Below are positions 36,901 through 45,566 of a stretch of DNA of 64,000 nt, one piece after another. How positions within the stretch are numbered: position 1 is the stretch's first letter; the number at the start of each line of letters is the position of its first letter. This DNA is from a virus (lineage: Duplodnaviria; Caudoviricetes): positions 64,001 to 128,000 of the IMG/VR virus record IMGVR_UViG_3300028833_000064, one strand, 5' to 3'. Below the pieces are notes generated by a model. It did no database searches. It was given only the letters and a program-made list of their open reading frames with translations, and was not told the origin of the DNA. A program made the translations under genes and the position numbers.

Positions 36901-39620
36901 TAAAACACACCATCATAGACCATATTAACAGTATCAGGTATAGTGACAGAAGTAAGTGAAGCATCTACACTTACCAAAGTAGTTTTTGTATTATCTGTAT
37001 AAACTAAACCATCTTCAATATACCCATTAACACATTTAGCACCCCATGGACTTCCATTTGCACTTCCATTATAATTAACATTTCTTATAGCATAAAAAGC
37101 ATTACTTCCAATGCTTGTCACGGAGTCTGGTATTGTGATAGAAGTAAGACCACTACAACCTTGGAAAGCACTATTTCCAATGTTTGTCACGGAGTCACCT
37201 ATTGTGACAGAAGTAAGACCATTACAACCATAAAAAGCATAAGTTCCAATACTTGTCACGGAGTTACCTATAGTGACAGAAGTAAGATTAGTACAATTAT
37301 AAAAAGCATTACTTCCAATGCTTTCAACGGAGTCGGGTATAGTGACTGAAGTAAGTGAATTATCTACACTTACCAAAGTAGTTTTTGTATTATCTGTATA
37401 AACTAAACCATTTTCAACATACCCATTAACACATTTAGCACCCCATGGACTTCCATTTGCACTTCCATTATAATTAACATTTCCTACACCATAAAAAGCA
37501 TTACTTCCGATACTTGTCACGGAGTTAGGTACAGTGACAGAAGTAAGACTATAACAATTTTGGAAAACATTACCTTCAATGCTTGTCACGGAGTTACCTA
37601 TAGTGACAGAAGTAAGATTTTTACAATTATAAAAAGCATAAGTTCCAATACTTGTCACGGAGTTAGGTATTGTGACAGAGGTAAGATTTTTACAATCACC
37701 GAAAGCATAAGTTCCAATACTTGTCACGGAGTTAGGTATTGTGACTGAAGTAAGACCAATACAACCACGGAAAACATTACCTTTAATACTTTTCACTAAA
37801 CCCGGTATTGTGACAGAAGTGAGACCAGTACAATTGTGGAAAGCATAAGGTTCAATATTTATCACGGAGTTGGGTATTGTGATTGAAGTAAGACTAGTAC
37901 ACTCATTGAAAGCATAATATCCAATGCTTGTCACGGAGTCTGGTATTGTGATAGAAGTAAGACCACTACAATCACTGAAAGTATAACTTCCAATGTCTTT
38001 CACGGAGTTTGGTATAGTGACAGAAGTAAGACCGGTACAACCTTGGAAAGTATTAAATCCAACGCTTTTCACGGAGTTGGGTATAGTGACAGAAGTAAGA
38101 TTTTTACAATTATAAAAAGCATTACTTCCAATGTCTTTCACGGAGTTGGGTATAGTGACAGAAGTAAGTGAAGCATCTACACTTACCAAAGTAGTTTTTG
38201 TATTATCTGTATAAACTAAACCATTTTCAACATACCCATTAACATATTTAGCACCCCAATGGTTTATTGGTACACTTCCATTATAATTAACATTTCTTAC
38301 ACTATTGAAAGCATTACTTCCGATACTTGTAACGGAATTAGGTACAGTGACAGAAGTAAGACCACTACAACCACTGAAAGCACTATTTCCAATGCTTGTC
38401 ACGGAATCCGGTATAGTGACAGAAGTAAGATTAGTACAATTTTGGAAAACATAATCTTTAATACTTTCCACAGAGTTAGGTATAGTGACAGAAGTCAGAC
38501 TAGTACAATTATAAAAAGCATAAGTTCCAATAGTTGTCACGGAGTCTGGTATAGTGACAGAAGTAAGACTACTACAACCACCGAAAGCACCATTTCCAAT
38601 GCTTGTCACGAAGTTACCTATTGTGACAGAAGTAAGACCACTACAACCACTGAAAGCACTATTTCCAATGCTTGTCACGGAGTCTGGTATAGTGACAGAA
38701 GTAAGACCACTACAACCTTGGAAAGCACCATTTTCAATAGTTGTCACGGAGTCTGGTATTGTGATAGAAGTAAGATTAGTACAATAATTGAAAGTATTAC
38801 TTCCAATGTTTTCAACGGAGTCAGGTATATTGACAGAAGTCAGACTGGTACAATAATTGAAAGCATTACTTCCAATGTTTTCAACGGAGTCGGGTATAAT
38901 GACAGAAGTAAGACCGGTACAACCTTGGAAAGCATTATTTCCAATGCTTGTCACCGAATCTGGTATAGTGACTGAAGTAAGTGAAGTACTTACACTTACC
39001 AAAGTAGTTTTTGTGTTGTCTGTATAAACTAAACCATCTTCAACATACCCATTAACACATTTAGCACCCCATGGACTTCCATTTGCACTTCCATTATAAT
39101 TAACATTTCTTATAGCATAAAAAGCATCACTTCCAATACTTGTCACGGAGTTAGGTACAGTGACAGAAGCAAGACCACTACAACCTTGGAAAGAATAACC
39201 TCCAATGCTTGTCACGGAGTTACCTATAGTGACAGAAGTAAGACTACTACAACCACCGAAAGCATAAGTTCCAATACTTGTCACGGAGTTAGGTATTTCG
39301 ATTGAAGTAAGACCACTACAATATTGGAAAGCACTAGTTTCAATACTTGTCACGGAGTCTGGTATAGTGACAGAAGTAAGACCACTACAACCACTGAAAG
39401 CACCACTTCCAATACTTGTCACGGAGTTAGGTAATTCTATTGATTTAAGAATTCTGTTATTAATTTTAATGCTTGTAATGTTTCCATTAAACTTAATTAC
39501 ACCTTTACCATTGCTATATGTGTTTGATAATACCTCAACATTTGAATTTAAAGTTTCTGTTTTTAATAATTTGTTATACCAAGTAGTATACCAAATTTCA
39601 TCGTTAGGAATATTTGACAT
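33909..39620 (-). CDS. 1903-aa BspA-type (LRR_5) leucine-rich-repeat adhesin with a central tail-fibre-like segment
   Basis: Dozens of 23-aa LTSVTIPNSVTSIGxxAFxxCxx repeats in two arrays; centre has YCSTAAATAAK..TLSVNGT and two GTSSQFLKADGSVDDNTYS copies. Confidence 0.88.
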   Translation of the reverse strand: MSNIPNDEIWYTTWYNKLLKTETLNSNVEVLSNTYSNGKGVIKFNGNITSIKINNRILKSIELPNSVTSIGSGAFSGCSGLTSVTIPDSVTSIETSAFQYCSGLTSIEIPNSVTSIGTYAFGGCSSLTSVTIGNSVTSIGGYSFQGCSGLASVTVPNSVTSIGSDAFYAIRNVNYNGSANGSPWGAKCVNGYVEDGLVYTDNTKTTLVSVSTSLTSVTIPDSVTSIGNNAFQGCTGLTSVIIPDSVENIGSNAFNYCTSLTSVNIPDSVENIGSNTFNYCTNLTSITIPDSVTTIENGAFQGCSGLTSVTIPDSVTSIGNSAFSGCSGLTSVTIGNFVTSIGNGAFGGCSSLTSVTIPDSVTTIGTYAFYNCTSLTSVTIPNSVESIKDYVFQNCTNLTSVTIPDSVTSIGNSAFSGCSGLTSVTVPNSVTSIGSNAFNSVRNVNYNGSVPINHWGAKYVNGYVENGLVYTDNTKTTLVSVDASLTSVTIPNSVKDIGSNAFYNCKNLTSVTIPNSVKSVGFNTFQGCTGLTSVTIPNSVKDIGSYTFSDCSGLTSITIPDSVTSIGYYAFNECTSLTSITIPNSVINIEPYAFHNCTGLTSVTIPGLVKSIKGNVFRGCIGLTSVTIPNSVTSIGTYAFGDCKNLTSVTIPNSVTSIGTYAFYNCKNLTSVTIGNSVTSIEGNVFQNCYSLTSVTVPNSVTSIGSNAFYGVGNVNYNGSANGSPWGAKCVNGYVENGLVYTDNTKTTLVSVDNSLTSVTIPDSVESIGSNAFYNCTNLTSVTIGNSVTSIGTYAFYGCNGLTSVTIGDSVTNIGNSAFQGCSGLTSITIPDSVTSIGSNAFYAIRNVNYNGSANGSPWGAKCVNGYIEDGLVYTDNTKTTLVSVDASLTSVTIPDTVNMVYDGVFYYNDKLQSIVIPKSEIIDSSDFSGKVFNELDSPLSSITILDQNPNDVHLSDLYVDNIYVPQNCLKLYEYLYKDNEFMLSKLRAIPLNIRFRKKEYNESEDNESGVIIFDESKKTIYLDGVDYTQTVIDASKLSGEIPSECYKDSTLSGVAYCSTAAATAAKKATMPGFELVTGQRIFLQTTNTNSATSNVTLSVNGTEPKPIKIGTATPTTSNFPASWWIANYDGTNWVLTRIYLSDTNTTQTYASASGYTYWRPLVIGYNAGSEGFTPKSTTSTTYTFSTLTCQPSSGTIRARHFKVIGGTSSQFLKADGSVDDNTYSTSDHTHSDYVDLSSAQTISGVKTFSSGFNMNTDTSWTSSDRTIPFGANDDAIKIQYVSDDTNKGLTFNPSTGALKAASFVKRDGTSSQFLKADGSVDDNTYSKSSLTQTKNYTSNSAFYTNGSFTYFNSSDYMTSISSVNNSYTLVEFDDTSVTTTGTSINIPFNFPTVSGDLVGNENIHHFLLKNISNSNITLTLVPPIIQSVCIIGNLTPITLQANNSIEISTKVMNDNWIISKSIEMPITQKPKNVIYYTTSDGNVADIDESVDYSGANIVSNDYENGVGIITFDNDVTSIGDSAFTDCDNFTSVTIPDSVTNIGEEAFYGCRNLTSITIPDSVTSIGIRAFSDCRGLTSITIPNSVTSIGNSAFSNCRGLTSVTIGNSVTNIGNNAFDNCSSFTSIEIPNSVTSIGSDVFYGCTGLTSIIVSDGNTVYDSRNNCNAIIETSTNTLIAGCKNTIIPNSVTSIENNTFYGCSGLTSITIPNSVTSIGNSAFHGCSGLTSITIPNSVTSIGDSAFSGCNGLTSIIVSDGNTVYDSRNNCNAIIETSTNTLITGCKNTIIPNSVTSIGDSTFSNCTGLTSITIPDNVTSIGNYAFSNCTGLTSVTIPNSVTSIGNSAFHGCSGLTSITSLRTTPPTISILTLPTHTTYIIYVPTGSVETYKAAQYWKNKASQIQAIQQ
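36950..39430 (-). repeat. 69-bp coding tandem repeats (LRR) with four copies of an about 40-codon spacer cassette
   Basis: NVNYNGS...WGAK.VNGY.E.GLVYTDNTKTTLVSV near 36970, 37370, 38180 and 39000 with high DNA identity. Confidence 0.85.
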
Positions 39621-39692
39621 AATTTTTATATTTTTCTTTTTTTAATATTTATGGCAATCTATTAAAAAGAGAATTAGAAAAAACTAATTTTT

Positions 39693-40268
39693 CTAATTCT
39701 CTTCATTAATCCAATGGTGTCTGCAAACAGATTTATATGTTATATTTTCTGTTTCTATTGCAACCGGTTTCACAATTCCTTTTTCTCGTACACCATTGAT
39801 ATATCTGATATGGGTGACCGCTTTATGTGAACACCCGTCTATTTCACACGGAACTTCTATTTCATTTGTCTCGTCGGCAAGAGCCAAAAGTGTCGCTGCA
39901 CCAGAGAATAAGTCTCCATTCACGTCTGTCTTTAAACCATAACATATAACTTCTTTTTCTTCTGCAACTTTACAGAGAACCATCACATCTTCTTTTGTCA
40001 AAAATTGTGCCTCATCGACAAACAATGTATTGAAGTCCAATTTCGAAAGTTCCGAAGACAAATCTTCATAATAGTACGAGGGTTCCTCATATTTTGTAAT
40101 CCTTGATTTCGTAATCCCCCATCCGACAAAGTTTCCTTCCCTGTTGTCTATGCATGGTTTGACAATAACCGGTTTCTTTCCTCTTCTTTTATATGAGTCG
40201 AATTTAGTGAGCATCGCCGTTGTCTTTCCGCTTCCCATGCATCCATAGTTAAAAACAAGTTTTCCCAT
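39693..40268 (-). CDS. tdk: thymidine kinase
   Basis: YGCMGSGKT, FVDEAQFL, YGLKTD, YKSVCRHH. Confidence 0.93.
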   Translation of the reverse strand: MGKLVFNYGCMGSGKTTAMLTKFDSYKRRGKKPVIVKPCIDNREGNFVGWGITKSRITKYEEPSYYYEDLSSELSKLDFNTLFVDEAQFLTKEDVMVLCKVAEEKEVICYGLKTDVNGDLFSGAATLLALADETNEIEVPCEIDGCSHKAVTHIRYINGVREKGIVKPVAIETENITYKSVCRHHWINEEN

Positions 40269-40271
40269 ATA

Positions 40272-41000
40272 TTATTTTATTTTTTTTGATAGTTTGCATA
40301 AATCTCTTATCACATTGTCCAAGTATACACCCCCATCTTCAAAATTAAAGAAAATATCCTTGAACTGATATGAAGACAAGTCCGCCCAAAATCCTTCCTT
40401 TCCTCCTTTTGACACATCTATTCCCACTTTACCATCAACCTTTTCACGGAAATCCACAATTGTATATTTGTTCTTTATAGGACACCAAATGAGGGCGACT
40501 GCTTTGTATTTGTCACCATATTCCTTATATTCGTACCCTCTGAAAAAGAATTTTTTTTCACGTATCGACCGTCCTGCCCAATCAGTTTTCAAATCAAATC
40601 TCAAATTTTTGTTATCTAAAAGATTTCTGAAAATAAAGTCTGGAGTGTTAGTTGCAACCTTTTCAATATCCCTTGTTTCATACTCGTTCAAATCTATTTT
40701 AATATAGTCTGAATATTTTTCATTAAAGGGTTTGATGAATAAGTCCTCTGTTACAAAATTACCACAAATGTCACGTGCTGCTTCAAAAGGAGTTCTATGG
40801 TCAGTTCTTATTTTATCAAGTTCGAGTATTCTTTTATATTCATCTGGAAATTTCAATTTAAATTCGCTCTCATCCAAAGTGAAAAGTCCTTTGATATGTT
40901 CTTTATATCCGAACTCATTATATAGTTCGTTAATGGCCTTACTTGGCCATATTTTTTGTAGATAGTCTAAAATTTTTGTGAGATTACTTGTATATTTCAT
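40272..41000 (-). CDS. PD-(D/E)xK nuclease-like protein
   Basis: VTEDLF...TNTPDF...RFDLKT catalytic pattern. Confidence 0.55.
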   Translation of the reverse strand: MKYTSNLTKILDYLQKIWPSKAINELYNEFGYKEHIKGLFTLDESEFKLKFPDEYKRILELDKIRTDHRTPFEAARDICGNFVTEDLFIKPFNEKYSDYIKIDLNEYETRDIEKVATNTPDFIFRNLLDNKNLRFDLKTDWAGRSIREKKFFFRGYEYKEYGDKYKAVALIWCPIKNKYTIVDFREKVDGKVGIDVSKGGKEGFWADLSSYQFKDIFFNFEDGGVYLDNVIRDLCKLSKKIK

Positions 41001-41024
41001 TATATTAACTCTTTATTTTTCTAA

Positions 41025-41127
41025 AGTAGTATGAAAACATACTTTCTATGAATAGAACGGAAACGAGTTCCCACCCATTCTTTTCTATAAGGTTAAGTTT
41101 GGAACTCGTTATCTCGTTTGGTATGTG
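41025..41127. ncRNA. putative structured RNA/DNA element
   Basis: 10-bp inverted repeat AACGAGTTCC(41062-71)/GGAACTCGTT(41101-10) plus small hairpins and a possible closing helix, in a 147-bp intergenic gap. Confidence 0.35.
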
Positions 41128-41147
41128 TATTATCTTATATTCGTACA

Positions 41148-42338
41148 TTATTTCCCTATTGTTGTTTGTTCGTAAATTCTATTTAATTGATTATTAACTC
41201 TATAAAACTCACAATTTTTTGAAATATCTTCGAGTTTTTTTGCACCAATATATGCCATTGCTGAACGAAGACCACCAAGAAATTCGTTGTTCATATCGTG
41301 AACGCTTCCAGTATATGGGACAAGTGACACACGTCCTTCAGATGTTGTGTACCAACTTTTTCCGTTTCCGAATTTTTCTTGTGCAAGTTCGGAACTCATC
41401 CCATAGAACAATTTATATTTCCTTAGAATTTCTTTACGATTTTTTTTCTCATCAAACACCGGTAATGCTTCCGCCTTTTCGGTTGGTTCTGTCAATATAC
41501 CACCTTCTCCGACATATGTGTAATAATCAGGAGTATAGATATTTGTAAATTCTTTTTCATATATGATGTCACCCTCGGCTTCGTCGGTACCGGCGTAAAG
41601 AGACCCAATCATAACAAAATCGGCGCCTGCCCCGAATGCCTTTACGATGTCTCCTGAACAAGTGATTCCACCGTCTGAACAAACCAATCCACCGACTTTG
41701 TGGGCTGCCTTTGCACATTCTATTATTGTAGATAGTTGTGGTCTTCCGACACCGGTCTGTTTTCTGGTCAGACATTGACCACCTCCACCGATACCAACTT
41801 TAACTATGTCAGCTCCAGATTTGATTAATTTTTTGGTCATATCTCCAGTGACGACATTCCCGACCATCAATATACATTTGGGAAATTCCTCTCTTACTTT
41901 TTTTACAAGGTCGACAACATTAGAAATATATCCATTTGGAACATCAATGCAAATTGGTGGAATTTTATCCCAATTTCTTATTTTTATTTCTCTTATTTTG
42001 TTGATACCATCGTCTCTCAACCCTATCGATAAAAAACATTTATATCTTTTTCTACTCCAAAACAATATATCATTATAAAATTTATAAAGTTCTTTAATTT
42101 CATGGTGTTTGTGAAGACAAGCAAAACAATTATCATCAATCATTTTTCTAGCGAGATTGAAATTACCGATAGTACCCATATTTGCATTTATGATACCGGT
42201 TCCTTCCACAACAGTACCACTCCACTTAAATTTATAATCACGTGTAATATCAACATACTCTCTCGATGTAATATCTGATGATTTTGGTCTTATTAAGACA
42301 TCGCTAAAATCCAATTCTGTTTGTGAAAATATATGCAT
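41148..42338 (-). CDS. guaC: GMP reductase
   Basis: LDFSDVLIRPKSS, CIDVPNGY, GNVVT, KVGIGGGGQCLTR, SDGG, FYGMSS, SEGR; likely start MHIFSQ at 42338. Confidence 0.92.
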   Translation of the reverse strand: MHIFSQTELDFSDVLIRPKSSDITSREYVDITRDYKFKWSGTVVEGTGIINANMGTIGNFNLARKMIDDNCFACLHKHHEIKELYKFYNDILFWSRKRYKCFLSIGLRDDGINKIREIKIRNWDKIPPICIDVPNGYISNVVDLVKKVREEFPKCILMVGNVVTGDMTKKLIKSGADIVKVGIGGGGQCLTRKQTGVGRPQLSTIIECAKAAHKVGGLVCSDGGITCSGDIVKAFGAGADFVMIGSLYAGTDEAEGDIIYEKEFTNIYTPDYYTYVGEGGILTEPTEKAEALPVFDEKKNRKEILRKYKLFYGMSSELAQEKFGNGKSWYTTSEGRVSLVPYTGSVHDMNNEFLGGLRSAMAYIGAKKLEDISKNCEFYRVNNQLNRIYEQTTIGK

Positions 42339-42362
42339 AGTATTATTTTTATCATTACAAAT

Positions 42363-42404
42363 TAAATATAACAAAAAAATCTGTTCTTTTCAGAACAGAT
42401 TTTC
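42363..42404 (-). promoter_or_regulatory. terminator hairpin fused to class III motif
   Basis: AAAATCTGTTCT-TTTC-AGAACAGATTTT; motif at 42363-42375. Confidence 0.6.
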
Positions 42405-42406
42405 TT

Positions 42407-43417
42407 TTATCTTCCAGTATTTTTTATAACATCTGCAAATGTGAATACCGTCGGTGTTCCATCAACAATATGATATATCGACACTATATTCATACACAAA
42501 TTTGAATTTGCATCTACATTATATACGTATGGTTGAGTTAGAATTGCACCGTTGAAAAAGAAATATGTCGAAGTTTGGAAATTTGCAGGGTCTATTGTAA
42601 CGTTTATTGTCTCATTTGTGATATTGGCGTAATAAAGTCTCAACTTATTTCCGAATGACGGCATAGATTGGAATGAAACCGTCTCACTCGTTGTTCCTAT
42701 TATAAGAATCGTGTTGTAACCGGCAGCGTCAATGTTACTGCAAGAAACCAATGTCTTGTAGTTTGTAGATTGTGCATTTACATCACTTGCAGTGATTTCT
42801 GAACCAATCTGAACGTGACCATAAGAATCGGATGCAACCTTGACTGCATGTGGTGTTAAACCAACGGGTGCTATTTTGTGTGATATTATCAGATTGTTTT
42901 CCAACGTTCCACCACCACTCAATGCACCGGTTCCGGTTACACTTGTTGTTTTTGGTACATAACCGTTCAATGCAACAGCTGTTGCTTTACCCGTCATTGC
43001 CTTACTTTCATCTGTGTATGAATATGTGTTTGTCAATTCTGGTATGAGTGGTTGGTTTGTCAAATCATTATAACTGATTTTCAAATCACTTGTTGTTTTG
43101 TTTCCACTCAATGTAACTCCGTTTATCTGTGGTTGTGAAGACAAGCTGTTGTATGAACCACTTGTAGCAACATCGTTAAGGTTCAGATATCCCTTCAACA
43201 CAGGAATGGTGATTATATCGACACTTTCATTGTTGTTATTCCTATAAATGAACTTTCTGTTTTCGGTGTCAAATGCAACCGAAGTCACCTCAGATGCTTC
43301 ATCATTTTGTATGAGATACAATTCGTTTTGTTTAATCTTGTTTTTCCTTGACAATTCGTCAAAAATTGCCTTACTTTGCAATTTGTTTATAACAAGAGGT
43401 ACCTTTACTTCGTTCAT
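42407..43417 (-). CDS. tail fibre/virion appendage-like protein
   Basis: VATSGSYNSL..PQINGVTLSGNKTTSDL..SYNDLTNQP and VTGTGALSGGGTL fibre-type motifs. Confidence 0.6.
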   Translation of the reverse strand: MNEVKVPLVINKLQSKAIFDELSRKNKIKQNELYLIQNDEASEVTSVAFDTENRKFIYRNNNNESVDIITIPVLKGYLNLNDVATSGSYNSLSSQPQINGVTLSGNKTTSDLKISYNDLTNQPLIPELTNTYSYTDESKAMTGKATAVALNGYVPKTTSVTGTGALSGGGTLENNLIISHKIAPVGLTPHAVKVASDSYGHVQIGSEITASDVNAQSTNYKTLVSCSNIDAAGYNTILIIGTTSETVSFQSMPSFGNKLRLYYANITNETINVTIDPANFQTSTYFFFNGAILTQPYVYNVDANSNLCMNIVSIYHIVDGTPTVFTFADVIKNTGR

Positions 43418-43422
43418 TTTAT

Positions 43423-44547
43423 TTAGACTTTAATTATTTTATAGTTTTTTGATGTTTCGAAAAGTCCGGATAGTGTCAACTGTTCGACCCATCTTCCGTC
43501 TATCTTCTTATACACTTTTGAACAAGGACTCCATACTCCGTCGACCTTTACATACATGGTTTCAATCAAACCGGATGAACCGTATAAAACCGTGTCTCTT
43601 GTTAGTGTGAATGTATATGGGTTGTCTGTGGAAACAAGTGTTGTTCTACCTTCGTTTGAAAACCAACCTTTAAATTCATATCTGTTGCTTGTTGATGTTG
43701 CAGTAACGATTACCTGTGTTCCGGTTTTCGCCTTGTTTGTTGAAGAAGACACATTCAGATTTTCATCACCATATACAGATACATTATACAGAAGTGTCCC
43801 TTTTGCATACAGTGTTGTATTTTGTGTTATGGTTGTTACGTATGTGGCGTCGGATGAAACTTTGTTATTTCCATCTGCATCACTATACCACCCGTCAAAT
43901 TCAAAATTGTCTTCTATTGTGGCCGTGAATGTCACCGTGTCACCATCAATAACTTCAGTTTCAGATACATTTACATTTTTTATACCGCTACCGTCAATAT
44001 AACTTGCTTGACAATCGAATACGTCTTCATATTCAATCGTTACGTTTGCTTGTGTCACCCTTATGATTGCTTCCGATTCCTTGTTGCTCGTTGCAGTGTA
44101 TGAACCACTTGTATAGACACCGATTACAACATTTGCATCATAGATTGACTGGTATATTGTGTTTAATCCTGATACATTCTGGTATGTGTTTGTAAATGTT
44201 TTATAGTTCTCTGTTACTGTATTGTCTGAACCCTTAACAAAATTACCACCATGTATTGATACAGATACCCCGCTTACGGGTGAATTTATATTTGCACCAC
44301 TTGTTGTATAAATAGAACGTATCAATGACGAAATACCGGTTATATATATTTTTCCGGTTATGTCGGTGTTGTCACACCTAAATGTGGATGTACGGTTTGA
44401 ATTGTTTGTTGTCAAATTATGATATATATAACTTGTACCATCATCCGATGTAACATCATTTATCAACACATAACCACTGCTACCACTGCTTGCACTATGT
44501 GTAAAAGATACATCGTTTGTTGGATAAAGTATTATACTTTTAGCCAT
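43423..44547 (-). CDS. virion-associated protein with two InlB B-repeat-like domains
   Basis: Two copies of (F/Y)EF(D/K)GW(Y/F)S...VS.D..Y..T(I/L)T..T.LY; C-terminal MYVKVDGVW..VYKKIDGRW. Confidence 0.65.
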   Translation of the reverse strand: MAKSIILYPTNDVSFTHSASSGSSGYVLINDVTSDDGTSYIYHNLTTNNSNRTSTFRCDNTDITGKIYITGISSLIRSIYTTSGANINSPVSGVSVSIHGGNFVKGSDNTVTENYKTFTNTYQNVSGLNTIYQSIYDANVVIGVYTSGSYTATSNKESEAIIRVTQANVTIEYEDVFDCQASYIDGSGIKNVNVSETEVIDGDTVTFTATIEDNFEFDGWYSDADGNNKVSSDATYVTTITQNTTLYAKGTLLYNVSVYGDENLNVSSSTNKAKTGTQVIVTATSTSNRYEFKGWFSNEGRTTLVSTDNPYTFTLTRDTVLYGSSGLIETMYVKVDGVWSPCSKVYKKIDGRWVEQLTLSGLFETSKNYKIIKV

Positions 44548-45239
44548 GATTCAACTTCAGTTTTAAGTATATTTTTCAAATTGTCAATATGTGGGAGACA
44601 ACCTGGTATCTTGTCTTTTATTATACCCAATTCATTTATGGTATCGTACATATCTATGATAGAGACATTTATTGCAAACATATACATATCGTTGTATGTA
44701 AAGTCAACAGTACCGGCGACTTTTTTCCCATTATACATAAAATCATTTCCATCCAATGACAGTTCTGGATAATATCCTTTCAAAAAATTAAATATTCTAT
44801 CTTTGAGTCTTTTGTTGCAATCATCACTTTCTGGTATTGCTATACAGAATCGGAAATCCCTTTCGTCTGTTATTATTATACCACCGTTCTCATAACCACA
44901 TCTGAAACAATCAAGTCCATATTGTGAGAATCTTTCATCATCGGTAAATCCAAACGGTACGAGTGCAAACGGTTTGTCGTATTCAACAAAGAAACAAAAC
45001 GGTATTGCATTTTGGTAGTTTTGGTATGCAAGTGGTTGTAACACTGTTGCCGAATCTGTTACGGGTGTTATATTATATATTTTTATACTGTAATAAAACT
45101 TGTCTCTTCTGAATTCATCCAAGTCGTCATATCCGGCAATAATCAGATATTCGAAAATATTTGCTTTATTGTTTCCATTGACAACCTTTTCTTGCAGATA
45201 TTCTTGTTCTTTCTGCATTGCTAATTCTATGTTCTTCAT
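44532..45239 (-). CDS. lipoate-protein ligase (BPL/LplA/LipB)-like domain protein
   Basis: GGIIITDERDFRF (cf. GGGAVYHD.GNL.F) and GNDFMYNGKKVAG (cf. RNDL.VDGKKISG). Confidence 0.6.
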   Translation of the reverse strand: MKNIELAMQKEQEYLQEKVVNGNNKANIFEYLIIAGYDDLDEFRRDKFYYSIKIYNITPVTDSATVLQPLAYQNYQNAIPFCFFVEYDKPFALVPFGFTDDERFSQYGLDCFRCGYENGGIIITDERDFRFCIAIPESDDCNKRLKDRIFNFLKGYYPELSLDGNDFMYNGKKVAGTVDFTYNDMYMFAINVSIIDMYDTINELGIIKDKIPGCLPHIDNLKNILKTEVESWLKV

Positions 45240-45240
45240 T

Positions 45241-45555
45241 TTAACTTCTTAAATATATGTCTCCATCGTTACCGAGATTTGCATTAGGTTCTGTAGTTCC
45301 GTAGTAAAAATTGTTTATCTTAACGTTTCCTAAAACCTCGTTTCCATTTGCCCAAGCCGAATATCCTTCAATTATTTCGTTTGGAGATGCAATGTTGTAT
45401 CCGGTTGTTTGTGTTCCATCTGATGTGAAATTTCCTTCAACACCCAATATTGTCACTCCGGATTTGATGTTCTCTTCGATGATGGTTGAACCATCACCTT
45501 CGACAAACATAACATTAACACTCTTTATTTTATCTTGACCCAAATATAAACTCAT
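45241..45555 (-). CDS. small tail-associated protein
   Basis: ENIKSGVTILGVEG, IIEGYSAWANG, GTTEP..LGNDGDIYL. Confidence 0.6.
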   Translation of the reverse strand: MSLYLGQDKIKSVNVMFVEGDGSTIIEENIKSGVTILGVEGNFTSDGTQTTGYNIASPNEIIEGYSAWANGNEVLGNVKINNFYYGTTEPNANLGNDGDIYLRS

Positions 45556-45566
45556 ATTCTTATAAT

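Noticed and set aside
38259-38975. Long plus-strand ORFs (also 9639-10310, 18461-19054, 47070-47756 and others)
   Set aside because: Antisense shadows of real minus-strand genes or repeats, with no recognisable motifs or promoters
33909-39620. CRISPR array or DGR template/variable repeats
   Set aside because: The repeats are in-frame 69-bp coding LRR units without unique spacers; variation is not adenine-specific and no reverse transcriptase or cas gene is in the window
41040-41115. Hammerhead ribozyme (plus strand has GAAAC-stem-GTT)
   Set aside because: The core reads CTATGA rather than CTGANGA, and stems I and II cannot form
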